Of a DNA stretch of 35,997 bases, positions 9,215-16,912 are shown one piece after another. The position numbers and the translations under genes were made by a program. The notes below the pieces were generated by a model. It saw only the letters and a list, made by a program, of their open reading frames with translations. It ran no database searches and had not been told where the DNA came from. Positions within the stretch are counted from its first letter, which is position 1; the number at the start of each line of letters is the position of its first letter. The stretch lies in contig CAZAWP010000001.1 in the NCBI GenBank assembly GCA_964488855.1, positions 1-35,997 on the forward strand. Direction: 5' to 3'. Source of the stretch: an uncultured Sangeribacter sp. Its GTDB lineage: Bacteria > Bacteroidota > Bacteroidia > Bacteroidales > Muribaculaceae.

Positions 9215-9580
9215 TTAGGGGATTAAAGGTAAATGTTTATTAAGAACATCGTCAATAGACACGTATTGATCAACAGTCTCTATCTCGATTGAAAAATATA
9301 GTTTTTGTATGACTTTGGAAAATATAGACAGCGAAATTGCCCCTATATTGTATATACCTTTGTCATCTCGTAGCCATACAATCTTTGTTGGAAGAGTCCC
9401 GGGATATTTTGCGTCTATGGCGGCTGCAATCTCCTCCATCCTGTTAATCACCTTTAATGTGACACTCTTGCCATGAATCACCAGTCCTTTCAGTCCGAGA
9501 GCCATCTGTGCAAGTTCTTTCCCTTTATCGGATTCTTTGGCAGTTTTGTGTATCCTTACCTCGTATATGTATTTTATCAT
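9215..9580 (-). CDS. Hypothetical protein, paralog of 9592-9960
   Basis: Shares KGK.L..MAL, IHG.S...K..NRM..IAA..D.KYP.T.PT and C-terminal ID..L.K..PL.P with its neighbour. Confidence 0.8.
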   Translation of the reverse strand: MIKYIYEVRIHKTAKESDKGKELAQMALGLKGLVIHGKSVTLKVINRMEEIAAAIDAKYPGTLPTKIVWLRDDKGIYNIGAISLSIFSKVIQKLYFSIEIETVDQYVSIDDVLNKHLPLIP

Positions 9581-9591
9581 AAAACAGATTT

Positions 9592-9960
9592 TTAAGGGTT
9601 AAGGGGGATAAATTTATCTAATATCTCGTCGATTACCGCATCATGTGCGACAGTGTTGAACGTAATGCGGAAATATTCTTTATCGAGAGAGCGGGTGCCA
9701 TTTTCGGACGCAGGGCATGCCGTTATCTGTCCGTTCCCCTCGTTGTCGATATGGCAATCAATAAAGGTCGGACGTGTACGGGGATATTTGACATCAAGCT
9801 GAGCTGCAATCATACGCATTCGGTTCGCTATCTTTATTGCGGAACTGTATCCATGAATAAGAACTCGGTCAAATTGAAGAGCCATCGTCTGAAGAGCCTT
9901 GCCTTTTGCTGTTTTCCCGGCAGTTGAGAATGTTGTTACCGGGTGAAAGAATTTCATCAT
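9592..9960 (-). CDS. Hypothetical protein, paralog of 9215-9580
   Basis: Same motifs as its paralog; near-identical start region TAAAAATCT.TTTTATGAT. Confidence 0.8.
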   Translation of the reverse strand: MMKFFHPVTTFSTAGKTAKGKALQTMALQFDRVLIHGYSSAIKIANRMRMIAAQLDVKYPRTRPTFIDCHIDNEGNGQITACPASENGTRSLDKEYFRITFNTVAHDAVIDEILDKFIPLNP

Positions 9961-9978
9961 AAAATAGATTTTTAAAGG

Positions 9979-10203
9979 TTAGATTTCGGTTGAGAGGGTT
10001 GTGAGGAGGAGGAGGGCTGCGAGGTGGTTGAGCGCGTCGATGCCGGAGGCTATGCCGGCGAGGGCGAGGACGAGGGCGGCGGCATATAGCGCCGGGGCAT
10101 GGCGGCGGATGGCGGCGCGGCAGCGGTTACGGACGATGCGGTAAAAATCGCGGATTGGTTCAACGCCGGCAGCGCCGACGGTCTTTAGATAAGTTGCCTT
10201 CAT
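9979..10203 (-). CDS. Small hydrophobic protein (74 aa), first gene under C4/CI-like antisense control
   Basis: Start MKATYLKT (ATG 10203); basic N-terminus and hydrophobic C-terminal helices. Confidence 0.65.
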   Translation of the reverse strand: MKATYLKTVGAAGVEPIRDFYRIVRNRCRAAIRRHAPALYAAALVLALAGIASGIDALNHLAALLLLTTLSTEI

Positions 10204-10238
10204 TGTTGTAGATGTTTTGGCATTACAGACAGAAAAAC

Positions 10239-10313
10239 GGCTGTCATATCCCGTTCGCCAAAACATCTACAAGGTTTCCTCCGCAGAGCAAAAATTGTGT
10301 GGATATGACAGCC
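10239..10313 (-). ncRNA. P4-CI / P1-C4-like antisense RNA
   Basis: 13-bp closing stem (10239-10251 / 10301-10313) enclosing two segments complementary to the transcript 5' leader (10391-10400, 10415-10427) and to the start region of the next ORF (10206-10221). Confidence 0.7.
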
Positions 10314-10431
10314 TTTATGAATTACAGCTGATATGTATGTGAGGAGTCGGGCATAAAAAAAGCCCGAGCAGATTCGAGCATTTATCCGAATGCTCCGCGG
10401 TTACGGGATACCCCGTAGATGATTGGCACCA

Positions 10432-10463
10432 CAAAAGTACATAATAATTTTTAATTATGCAAA
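10432..10463 (-). promoter_or_regulatory. Sigma-A promoter of the antisense-RNA / small-ORF operon
   Basis: Minus strand TTTG (10463-10460) - 20 nt - TACTTTTG (10439-10432). Confidence 0.75.
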
Positions 10464-10471
10464 TAAAAAAT

Positions 10472-10618
10472 AAAAAACCCCCGCCAGTCCGGCGAGGGCT
10501 ACCGCTCTAAGTGAAATGGATTGCTAAATCATACAAGACGCAGAGCGGTCAGTTCCGAACCGAGGTTTAATCCTCGGTGTTATCAGCGACTTAACCCGGC
10601 AATCTTGCGAGTGCCGGC
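10472..10618 (-). ncRNA. Candidate ~150-nt structured small RNA
   Basis: TATATTTG -7 box at 10631-10624; hairpins at 10596-10617, 10559-10578 and 10501-10549; terminator 10478-10498 with U6; no ORF. Confidence 0.55.
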
Positions 10619-10854
10619 ACCGGCAAATATAGCGATTTTAAGCGATTTTTCACCGTAAAAAATCGGGTTTTCATGCGGTTTGTAAAGGGTTGAGGATGTT
10701 TAACGCCTGATTTTTAGGGGTTTGGGAGGTAAAAATAAAAAAATTGGTTAATGTTTGCCGTTAAAGAGCCCCCGACCACCCTGTCAGGGGGTCGGTTCAC
10801 CGCCCCTTTTTTCGGCGGAATATGCAAGACCCTGCACCAACAGCCGGGTAATAC

Positions 10855-11116
10855 AAAAAACAAGACCGAGGCTCTCACGAGTCCCGGTCTTCGTCACTAA
10901 TATGCAAAATGTTTACGTCGTTGCAATCCACCCGCACATCACTGCGAGGGATAGATTAAGGAGTATGCCCTAACCTATTAATTCACTAACCTGTTAAGAC
11001 ATTGTCTATTTGTATACGAGAATATCTGCAAAATCTAACGGATGCCACAGCATCCGGGATAAACTATACATAACATTATGAAACGATGTAATAATTCATC
11101 TGGCACTGACTTATTA
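10855..11116 (-). ncRNA. Candidate small-RNA array: three anti-start-codon segments, each followed by a hairpin
   Basis: TATATTTG -7 box at 11129-11122; hairpins at 11039-11056, 10925-10957 (GTGA loop) and 10862-10891 (GTGA loop, U-tract); no credible ORF. Confidence 0.6.
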
Positions 11117-11196
11117 CACTGCAAATATAATACATATCTGTAAAATAATTGCAATTCTGCATAAACAAATTTTACATAAACATGAATTTTACTAAT

Positions 11197-11739
11197 TCAA
11201 TTGCTATTGGTGTGGCGTCGGTTGTCGAGGTAGAGGATGAGGGCGATCAGGGCAATGGAGAAGAAGAATGCCCATAGGGAGCGGGTTGTGTCGGTGTCGC
11301 GGCGGGTGTCGGTGTCGTCGATGGCTGCCGCCGATGAAGATGCAACCGTCGATAATCCGGAGACGGCAACGGAGTCGGTAGCAACCGCCGAGACGGCAGC
11401 CATCGAGCCACTGAGAGCCTCTGTGGAGCCTTTTCTGCCTGCTGCCTTAATCTCGGTTGAACGTCGATACGTGCCGGCGCTGTCGCGGCTCTCGTTAATG
11501 AGGATGTGTAACGTTGTCACCGCCGAATCGGCACGGGTCAGAGCCGTAGTGGTCACAACCGTATCGAGGCGGGCGGTGGTTATATGTGTCATGGAATCCA
11601 CCACAAGCGCCGTAGAGGCTTGTGCGGTCGCGGATGAGTGATTGACCGTGTGCACGGTCTTCGGGCTGCATGAACAGCCACACGCCAAAAACAGGGCACT
11701 CAGCAGCAGTATGCAAAGGATCTTGATAAAAATTTTCAT
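11197..11739 (-). CDS. Spanin-like lipoprotein (possible unimolecular spanin)
   Basis: Start MKIFIKILCILLLSALFLACGC (signal peptide II-like), Thr/Ser-rich middle, C-terminal TM helix LWAFFFSIALIALILYL; follows the endolysin. Confidence 0.65.
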   Translation of the reverse strand: MKIFIKILCILLLSALFLACGCSCSPKTVHTVNHSSATAQASTALVVDSMTHITTARLDTVVTTTALTRADSAVTTLHILINESRDSAGTYRRSTEIKAAGRKGSTEALSGSMAAVSAVATDSVAVSGLSTVASSSAAAIDDTDTRRDTDTTRSLWAFFFSIALIALILYLDNRRHTNSN

Positions 11740-11755
11740 ATCGATGTGACGAAGG

Positions 11756-12163
11756 TTAAAGGATCTGACATTTGAGGTTGCTGAGGTCATAGGAGATATG
11801 CACCCAGGTGGCACCCTGTTTATTGGTCTCCCAGATAAGTTGTGTCCACTTGAGGGGAAGTGTCTTTATAAAATTATACAACTTGCGGTTAGCCTCGGGG
11901 GTGTTCTTCTTGGTGACGAGGTCGGCAGCCATACCTTTGAGGTGATGGGAGGTCTTGACGCCGCCGACGGCACGGTTTAGAACCGGCGAGCGGTAGCCGC
12001 TGGTGACTATCAGCGGGGCACCCCACGCCTGACGGACCGGGTTAAGGAGGTTGTTAATGAGGATGGCGAGGTTTTTCTTCTCGATCTCGCCGGGTGTATT
12101 GTTGATCTTGTCGCGGACCGCCCTCGCCGAGAACGTCATCTCCGCCATAGTAAAATAACTCAT
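11756..12163 (-). CDS. Endolysin, peptidase M15 family
   Basis: SGYRS...N..VGG..TSHH..G.AAD and WVHISY zinc-peptidase motifs. Confidence 0.9.
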   Translation of the reverse strand: MSYFTMAEMTFSARAVRDKINNTPGEIEKKNLAILINNLLNPVRQAWGAPLIVTSGYRSPVLNRAVGGVKTSHHLKGMAADLVTKKNTPEANRKLYNFIKTLPLKWTQLIWETNKQGATWVHISYDLSNLKCQIL

Positions 12164-12187
12164 ATCATTAAATTTTTAATCGTCGGT

Positions 12188-12523
12188 TTATTTCTGAAGG
12201 TTTTGCTTCGCCAGTTGTTTACACTCCTCGCGATACGCCATATACTCCTCGTATTCGAGGTCAGCTTTCATGTCGGCGGGGTCGGCAAAATGGTTGTTGA
12301 TAAGGGCAATTTCAGCCGAGTGGCTGTACTTGCGCCCGATCAGTCTGTCGACTTCGGCACCGTACTCCTCCTCGGAGTATGCCGGTTCCTCGTCCACCTC
12401 CTCGAACGATTCGGGGGTATCATCCGGCAGCACCGTGCCGCGCTTGATGTAAGATTTTTTACCGAGGCGGTGTATAAGCTTACCCTCGGTACTGTAAACC
12501 TGTCTATTTTTTATATTAATCAT
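12188..12523 (-). CDS. Hypothetical protein, possible tail-fibre assembly factor
   Basis: Start MINIKNRQ (ATG 12523) overlaps the tail-fibre stop; C-terminal EYEEYMAYREECK motif. Confidence 0.6.
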   Translation of the reverse strand: MINIKNRQVYSTEGKLIHRLGKKSYIKRGTVLPDDTPESFEEVDEEPAYSEEEYGAEVDRLIGRKYSHSAEIALINNHFADPADMKADLEYEEYMAYREECKQLAKQNLQK

Positions 12524-14490
12524 ATTGTTGCAAATGTTATGTTTTTGGCAAGACCGGCCTCCATTACCTGATACCACTCTTCATTGTCCTCGTCCGTAAG
12601 TTTGGCATAGACATCGGGATGTACGGTTATGGTTATCTCCTTGGTATTGGTTGCATATTGAATCAGAAATTCAAAAGTTTCTTTATCGAGGAGAGGCGAC
12701 CATCGGAGATTCAAGTCTGCTGCTATTTTTTTTATTTCAAGGTGTTCGAGTACCTTGCAATTACTAAACATGTTGAGGTCGTTGGCAGAATTGGAAAGAT
12801 AATTGAGGCCGTATACCCTTCTTAAATTGGTACAGCCATAAAATGCCTGCATGGTAGTATTTGCATTAGCATGCAGAACTATCGGCAAATTTATAACCTC
12901 GATAACCGTGTTAGCCTGTGCCAGTCTCGAAATATCAACACTAATCCACGAAGTCCCGTAAGGGATATTTGTCCGGATCCGCAAACGGTTTTGGGCAAAC
13001 ATCTCCGACCAGTTAGTACCCTTATGATAGGCAACAAAACTATATAGCGCCTCCTCGTATGTCAGCCATAGACCATTGAGGTAATAAGGGCGGATACAGC
13101 CGTCCTCCTCGATATGGGAGTGGTCTAACGCACCGTAATTTTTTACAGCAGCTAACCACATATCGTCAAACAATGCCCGTTTGGCAAGAACTGCCTCGAC
13201 GGCGGCGGTCGTGGCGGCGGTCGTGGCTGTCTCAGCCTCGGTCTTTAACTCGGCGAACTCGGTGACGCGGGCGGTCTCAGCAGCAGCTACAGCCCGGTCG
13301 GTGGCAGTCAGGATGTCGAGGACTTCCTGCCAGCTGTCTACCTCCTTAAGAGCTATGTCAATATCGGTGCGGGCACTGTCGGCTGTCTGAGCGGACGCGG
13401 TGACGGTTCGCTCCGCATCATCCACGCGCCGGGTGATTTCAGTACAGAACTTATCAAAATCCTCGTGGTTGGTCACACTGATCGGGGCACCCATCCACAT
13501 GTCCTTCCCATCGAGGAGCCCGAGCTTGCGCGCGTCCACATTCTCGACGATAAGGCGCGTCGTAGCGTTATCGGGGCTCTTGTCACAATACGCCGGAGAC
13601 CAGTCCTTAACACTGTCACCACCGATACAAAGATTATTATTGTCCATCTGACAGATGCGGAAATATTGCGGATCCTTCGGGTGCTGAAGGATACCTACGG
13701 GCGTTGCCTGTTTCCGGTCATCGGTCAATTCTATGCGGTAGGCACCAAACTTGACATATTGGTCATGTCGGTTCTTCATCAGGAAGTAGGTATTACCCTC
13801 AAACGGCTCGATAGTCCAGATGGCGGCGTCTGCCTCGTTAGTACGGTAACCCATACCGACGGACGACTGACCGGGATGGAATCCGAAACCGAGCCAGAAA
13901 CCGTCAGCAGTCCGGAAACGCAGACGCATCTCCCCTTTTATGTTTTCAGCCTTTTCAATCTCTTTTTGAAATGCGAGGTGCATACCGGCAACGACCTTAA
14001 AATCCGCATCCAGTTGATCGACGGTGTCGCCAAACTTTGCAGCTTCGTCGACCGCGGGTTGTGCCAATTCCTTCTTCTGAGCTGCTGTCAGATCCGCAAA
14101 GAGGAACGGCTCACCCTGGATGCCTTGCGGTCCCTTCAGCAGTGGGTAGGCGACGCGGAAGGGGGCGGTGTCGGGGAGGATGGTGTCGGTCTCGGTCAGG
14201 GTGATGCCGGTGTCGATGATGCGGGTCATGCGGTGACCGCCCGACATCAGGGCAGTCACCTCGGCTGTGAGCTTGCCGGGACGGAGTCCGTGGCGGTTGG
14301 CTGTCACTGTCAGGATGTCACCCGACAACTCACAGTTGCGCTCCGTATCCGAGGAGAAGCGCTCCGCGACAAACTTGCCCGCACCGCCGGCACTGAGCAC
14401 CACACGGATATAAAAGTCGTCGAGGTTAAGACCGTTGCCGAGGATGTCGGTAAGGTTGAACTCAAGACGTATCGAATCTTTGTAATACAT
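12520..14490 (-). CDS. Tail fibre / receptor-binding protein
   Basis: N-terminal baseplate-anchor-like region, short GPQGIQGEP, beta-trefoil-like middle, Ala/Thr coil, C-terminal LRR-like repeats (AFYGCTNLRRV, MFSNCKVLEHL). Confidence 0.7.
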   Translation of the reverse strand: MYYKDSIRLEFNLTDILGNGLNLDDFYIRVVLSAGGAGKFVAERFSSDTERNCELSGDILTVTANRHGLRPGKLTAEVTALMSGGHRMTRIIDTGITLTETDTILPDTAPFRVAYPLLKGPQGIQGEPFLFADLTAAQKKELAQPAVDEAAKFGDTVDQLDADFKVVAGMHLAFQKEIEKAENIKGEMRLRFRTADGFWLGFGFHPGQSSVGMGYRTNEADAAIWTIEPFEGNTYFLMKNRHDQYVKFGAYRIELTDDRKQATPVGILQHPKDPQYFRICQMDNNNLCIGGDSVKDWSPAYCDKSPDNATTRLIVENVDARKLGLLDGKDMWMGAPISVTNHEDFDKFCTEITRRVDDAERTVTASAQTADSARTDIDIALKEVDSWQEVLDILTATDRAVAAAETARVTEFAELKTEAETATTAATTAAVEAVLAKRALFDDMWLAAVKNYGALDHSHIEEDGCIRPYYLNGLWLTYEEALYSFVAYHKGTNWSEMFAQNRLRIRTNIPYGTSWISVDISRLAQANTVIEVINLPIVLHANANTTMQAFYGCTNLRRVYGLNYLSNSANDLNMFSNCKVLEHLEIKKIAADLNLRWSPLLDKETFEFLIQYATNTKEITITVHPDVYAKLTDEDNEEWYQVMEAGLAKNITFATI

Positions 14491-14501
14491 GGCTATAAAA
14501 T

Positions 14502-14729
14502 TTAATCAGGGTCTTCAGAGCGGGTCTCACTCTTTGACGAGTAATGATACTTGAGGCCGAACACAGCGCCGGCAAAGGTCATGATCTCACCAAACGAGAT
14601 CAATACCGAGTTATGTATCTCGCCGGGTGGTGGTACGATAAAACCGGCTATGAGCAGCGCACAGCCGACGCCGATGACTACCACCGCCGACCAGAGCTGT
14701 ACCGAGTGTTTATGTTTTACGATATTCAT
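14502..14729 (-). CDS. Putative holin
   Basis: 75 aa with two TM helices separated by PPPGEI and a charged C-terminus. Confidence 0.6.
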   Translation of the reverse strand: MNIVKHKHSVQLWSAVVVIGVGCALLIAGFIVPPPGEIHNSVLISFGEIMTFAGAVFGLKYHYSSKSETRSEDPD

Positions 14730-14753
14730 GAGGGAGAGAGGTTAAGAGGGTTA

Positions 14754-16001
14754 TCAATTGGTTATGAATGCCGGACAGTCACCCGACGAAATCACGGACC
14801 CCGAGCAACCGGGTGCCACAAAGACACCCTTGCAGTTCGGGAGGATCCGTATGTCGGTACATCCGGTATGGATATAGACATCAGAGCACGGTCCCTCGAT
14901 AAAGATACCGTCGAGGGGACCGATGCCGGGACACTTGCAATTTGTGATCTCCTCATAATTTCCGGTGCCGCCGAAGAGCTTGCCGGCTTTTGCAGCTATC
15001 GAGATGAAGTCGAACGCTGCCGAATTGCCGTTATGATCCTCCAGATATGAGATATACCCTTTGCCGTCGGGGGTGGAGTCGGGGCGCTCGTTGTCGTTAT
15101 CGAGGCTATAACGTACATCCCAGCGGGCGAACTGAGCAGCCGCAAACACATCAGATCCTATCACCTTGGCAGTACTGTAAAAGGCATCGGAGGCGGCAGC
15201 CGTCAAAAGCAGCTTCATCTGATGGCTACGGTAAATACCCAACAGCGGGGAAGAGACCGTAGACTCGAAATCGGCGAGGATATACTGTCTACCCGGCACA
15301 AGGCGGAAACCGTCGCGCATCTGCTTTAGTTCCGTCCAGGTGTATTCATCCGGTTTGCTGACAATATCGGCGACGCTTCGCAGATATGCCAACGGTCGAG
15401 AACCCTGCCGGCTCTTGGTAAAGTAGATATAGGGAGTGTCTCCGCCGTCGAGCCATAGAGGAGGCGTTACATCGCCGAATCCTGCCGGGGATGCAGATCC
15501 GCCCTCGACGGTGTAGAAGTGTCGCTCAGACTCCACCCAGTAGAGGCCATCGGGGACTCCCTGAAGGTTTGTGAGGTTCGACACATATCCGTTAAACCGG
15601 TTGGCGTAGGCGGCGCGCTCACACGACTTCAGGGACTCCTCAACAGCGTCGAGGGTCGTGAGGAACTGTTTAAAGTCGAGTTGATTGTCCTCATCGGTAA
15701 GCATGTTATAGAGTTCGGTGAACTTGCTTACAAATGTCGGGTTTAGTTTAAGATTAAGACCGGAGATCTCCGAGGACATGCCGGAGCAGATGGTGGCTAA
15801 TTCATCGACGCACTTGCGCACCGAGTTTATGGTAGCCGCCACCATCGAGGGCGTGACACTGTGACGCGCCACCGACTCCGATAGGTTGTCGATCATTGCC
15901 TCCGACTCATGGAGGCCGTCACGCACTGTATCAAAGGTTGTCACCATCGCACCCGAGAGCCCGGGCTGAGGGGTGGTAGGTGTTGCACTTGTTGTACTCA
16001 T
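14754..16001 (-). CDS. Virion structural protein (tail-associated, hypothetical)
   Basis: 415 aa in the late operon with an A-rich start; C-terminal beta-helix-like repeats. Confidence 0.55.
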   Translation of the reverse strand: MSTTSATPTTPQPGLSGAMVTTFDTVRDGLHESEAMIDNLSESVARHSVTPSMVAATINSVRKCVDELATICSGMSSEISGLNLKLNPTFVSKFTELYNMLTDEDNQLDFKQFLTTLDAVEESLKSCERAAYANRFNGYVSNLTNLQGVPDGLYWVESERHFYTVEGGSASPAGFGDVTPPLWLDGGDTPYIYFTKSRQGSRPLAYLRSVADIVSKPDEYTWTELKQMRDGFRLVPGRQYILADFESTVSSPLLGIYRSHQMKLLLTAAASDAFYSTAKVIGSDVFAAAQFARWDVRYSLDNDNERPDSTPDGKGYISYLEDHNGNSAAFDFISIAAKAGKLFGGTGNYEEITNCKCPGIGPLDGIFIEGPCSDVYIHTGCTDIRILPNCKGVFVAPGCSGSVISSGDCPAFITN

Positions 16002-16011
16002 AATTTTATTT

Positions 16012-16431
16012 TTAGGGGTTATTCTGTTTGAAGGAGAGCACCGTGGACATCACGGCGCAAAACTGACGCCCGAGTGATTCAGCCATAAAGTCGCGTATAT
16101 TCATCATCGACGAATAATATTTCGGCGAGAACCAGCGGCGGGCTTCACGCACCTTGTCCCTGCCGATGTCGCCGCCGTTGCCTCGGGCGACCTCGCGACC
16201 CGTGCCGTAGTCCTGATATAGACCGTACTCGTTAAACTCCCAGCTTACAGCCATCGTAACCGCATCGCTGTCGGCGTTTGCCGACTTGATGGCGAGTGAT
16301 TTGAAGAGGGCGTATGTGTCATACACCCGGAGTTTAAGAATCCGTTCGTACCAGATGTCGAGCATCGTCTGATTGAATGCCGCAAAATACTTGAGGCGCT
16401 CGTTAATCTGTTTGGGTGTCTGTCCATTCAT
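16012..16431 (-). CDS. Putative neck / tail-completion protein
   Basis: YG.Y.DYGTG and RRWF motifs resembling HK97 gp10-like proteins; probable start MNGQTP (16431). Confidence 0.55.
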   Translation of the reverse strand: MNGQTPKQINERLKYFAAFNQTMLDIWYERILKLRVYDTYALFKSLAIKSANADSDAVTMAVSWEFNEYGLYQDYGTGREVARGNGGDIGRDKVREARRWFSPKYYSSMMNIRDFMAESLGRQFCAVMSTVLSFKQNNP

Positions 16432-16909
16432 CGGCGTTATACTGGAGGTCAAAGGGTGCCGAGGGCATCAGCTGGAAGAAGGCACAGCTGCCGCCGGTGG
16501 CGAAATGGCGCGGTACCTCGTGGAAGGAGATCTCCTCGGGAAGATAGATGCCGTAGGAGATCTTGAGGCGTTCACGCTCGCGGATCAGCCGGGAGAGGAA
16601 CTGGCGGAAGATACCGCGCATGATCGACATAGCCTCGACACGCAGCTCGGGACGGTCAGCATGGCGCATAAACATGTAGACGGTCTTGGCATATCGGTAC
16701 GACGGGGTATTGAGCAGCGAGGCAGCCCCGTCGCTGGTATCATCGACGGCTATGATATTGACGGTGGTCAGGGCATTGGAGACACTGTCGGCAAAACCCT
16801 GGAGACCGGAGACAACACCAAATTCAAAACCGTAGTCGCGGCATGTCCTGTTTATGGTGACGAGATGCCGGAAGTAATCCGACGCATCCCAGTTATTTTC
16901 TTTTTCCAT
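16403..16909 (-). CDS. Putative tail terminator / neck protein
   Basis: 168 aa, tightly packed in the late operon; function inferred from position only. Confidence 0.5.
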   Translation of the reverse strand: MEKENNWDASDYFRHLVTINRTCRDYGFEFGVVSGLQGFADSVSNALTTVNIIAVDDTSDGAASLLNTPSYRYAKTVYMFMRHADRPELRVEAMSIMRGIFRQFLSRLIRERERLKISYGIYLPEEISFHEVPRHFATGGSCAFFQLMPSAPFDLQYNADEWTDTQTD

Positions 16910-16912
16910 AGG

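Noticed and set aside
10204-10266. Upstream extension of the 9979 ORF (MFWRTGYDSR...)
   Set aside because: It runs through the antisense-RNA stem; ATG 10203 with its A-rich, antisense-targeted start region is the more plausible start, though a longer Ash-like reading cannot be excluded.
10550-10590. Hammerhead ribozyme (CTGATAA...hairpin...GGAA)
   Set aside because: The core deviates from CUGAUGA/GAAA and the segment folds better as one long imperfect hairpin.
10755-10973. 72-aa plus-strand ORF across the ncRNA region
   Set aside because: TTG start, no protein-like features; promoter and terminator polarity indicate minus-strand non-coding transcription.
12520-14490. Diversity-generating retroelement targeting the tail fibre
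   Set aside because: No reverse transcriptase ORF and no ~100-bp TR/VR pair seen in the window.
13465-14505. 346-aa plus-strand ORF
   Set aside because: Antisense shadow of the tail-fibre gene, with no start signals or motifs.
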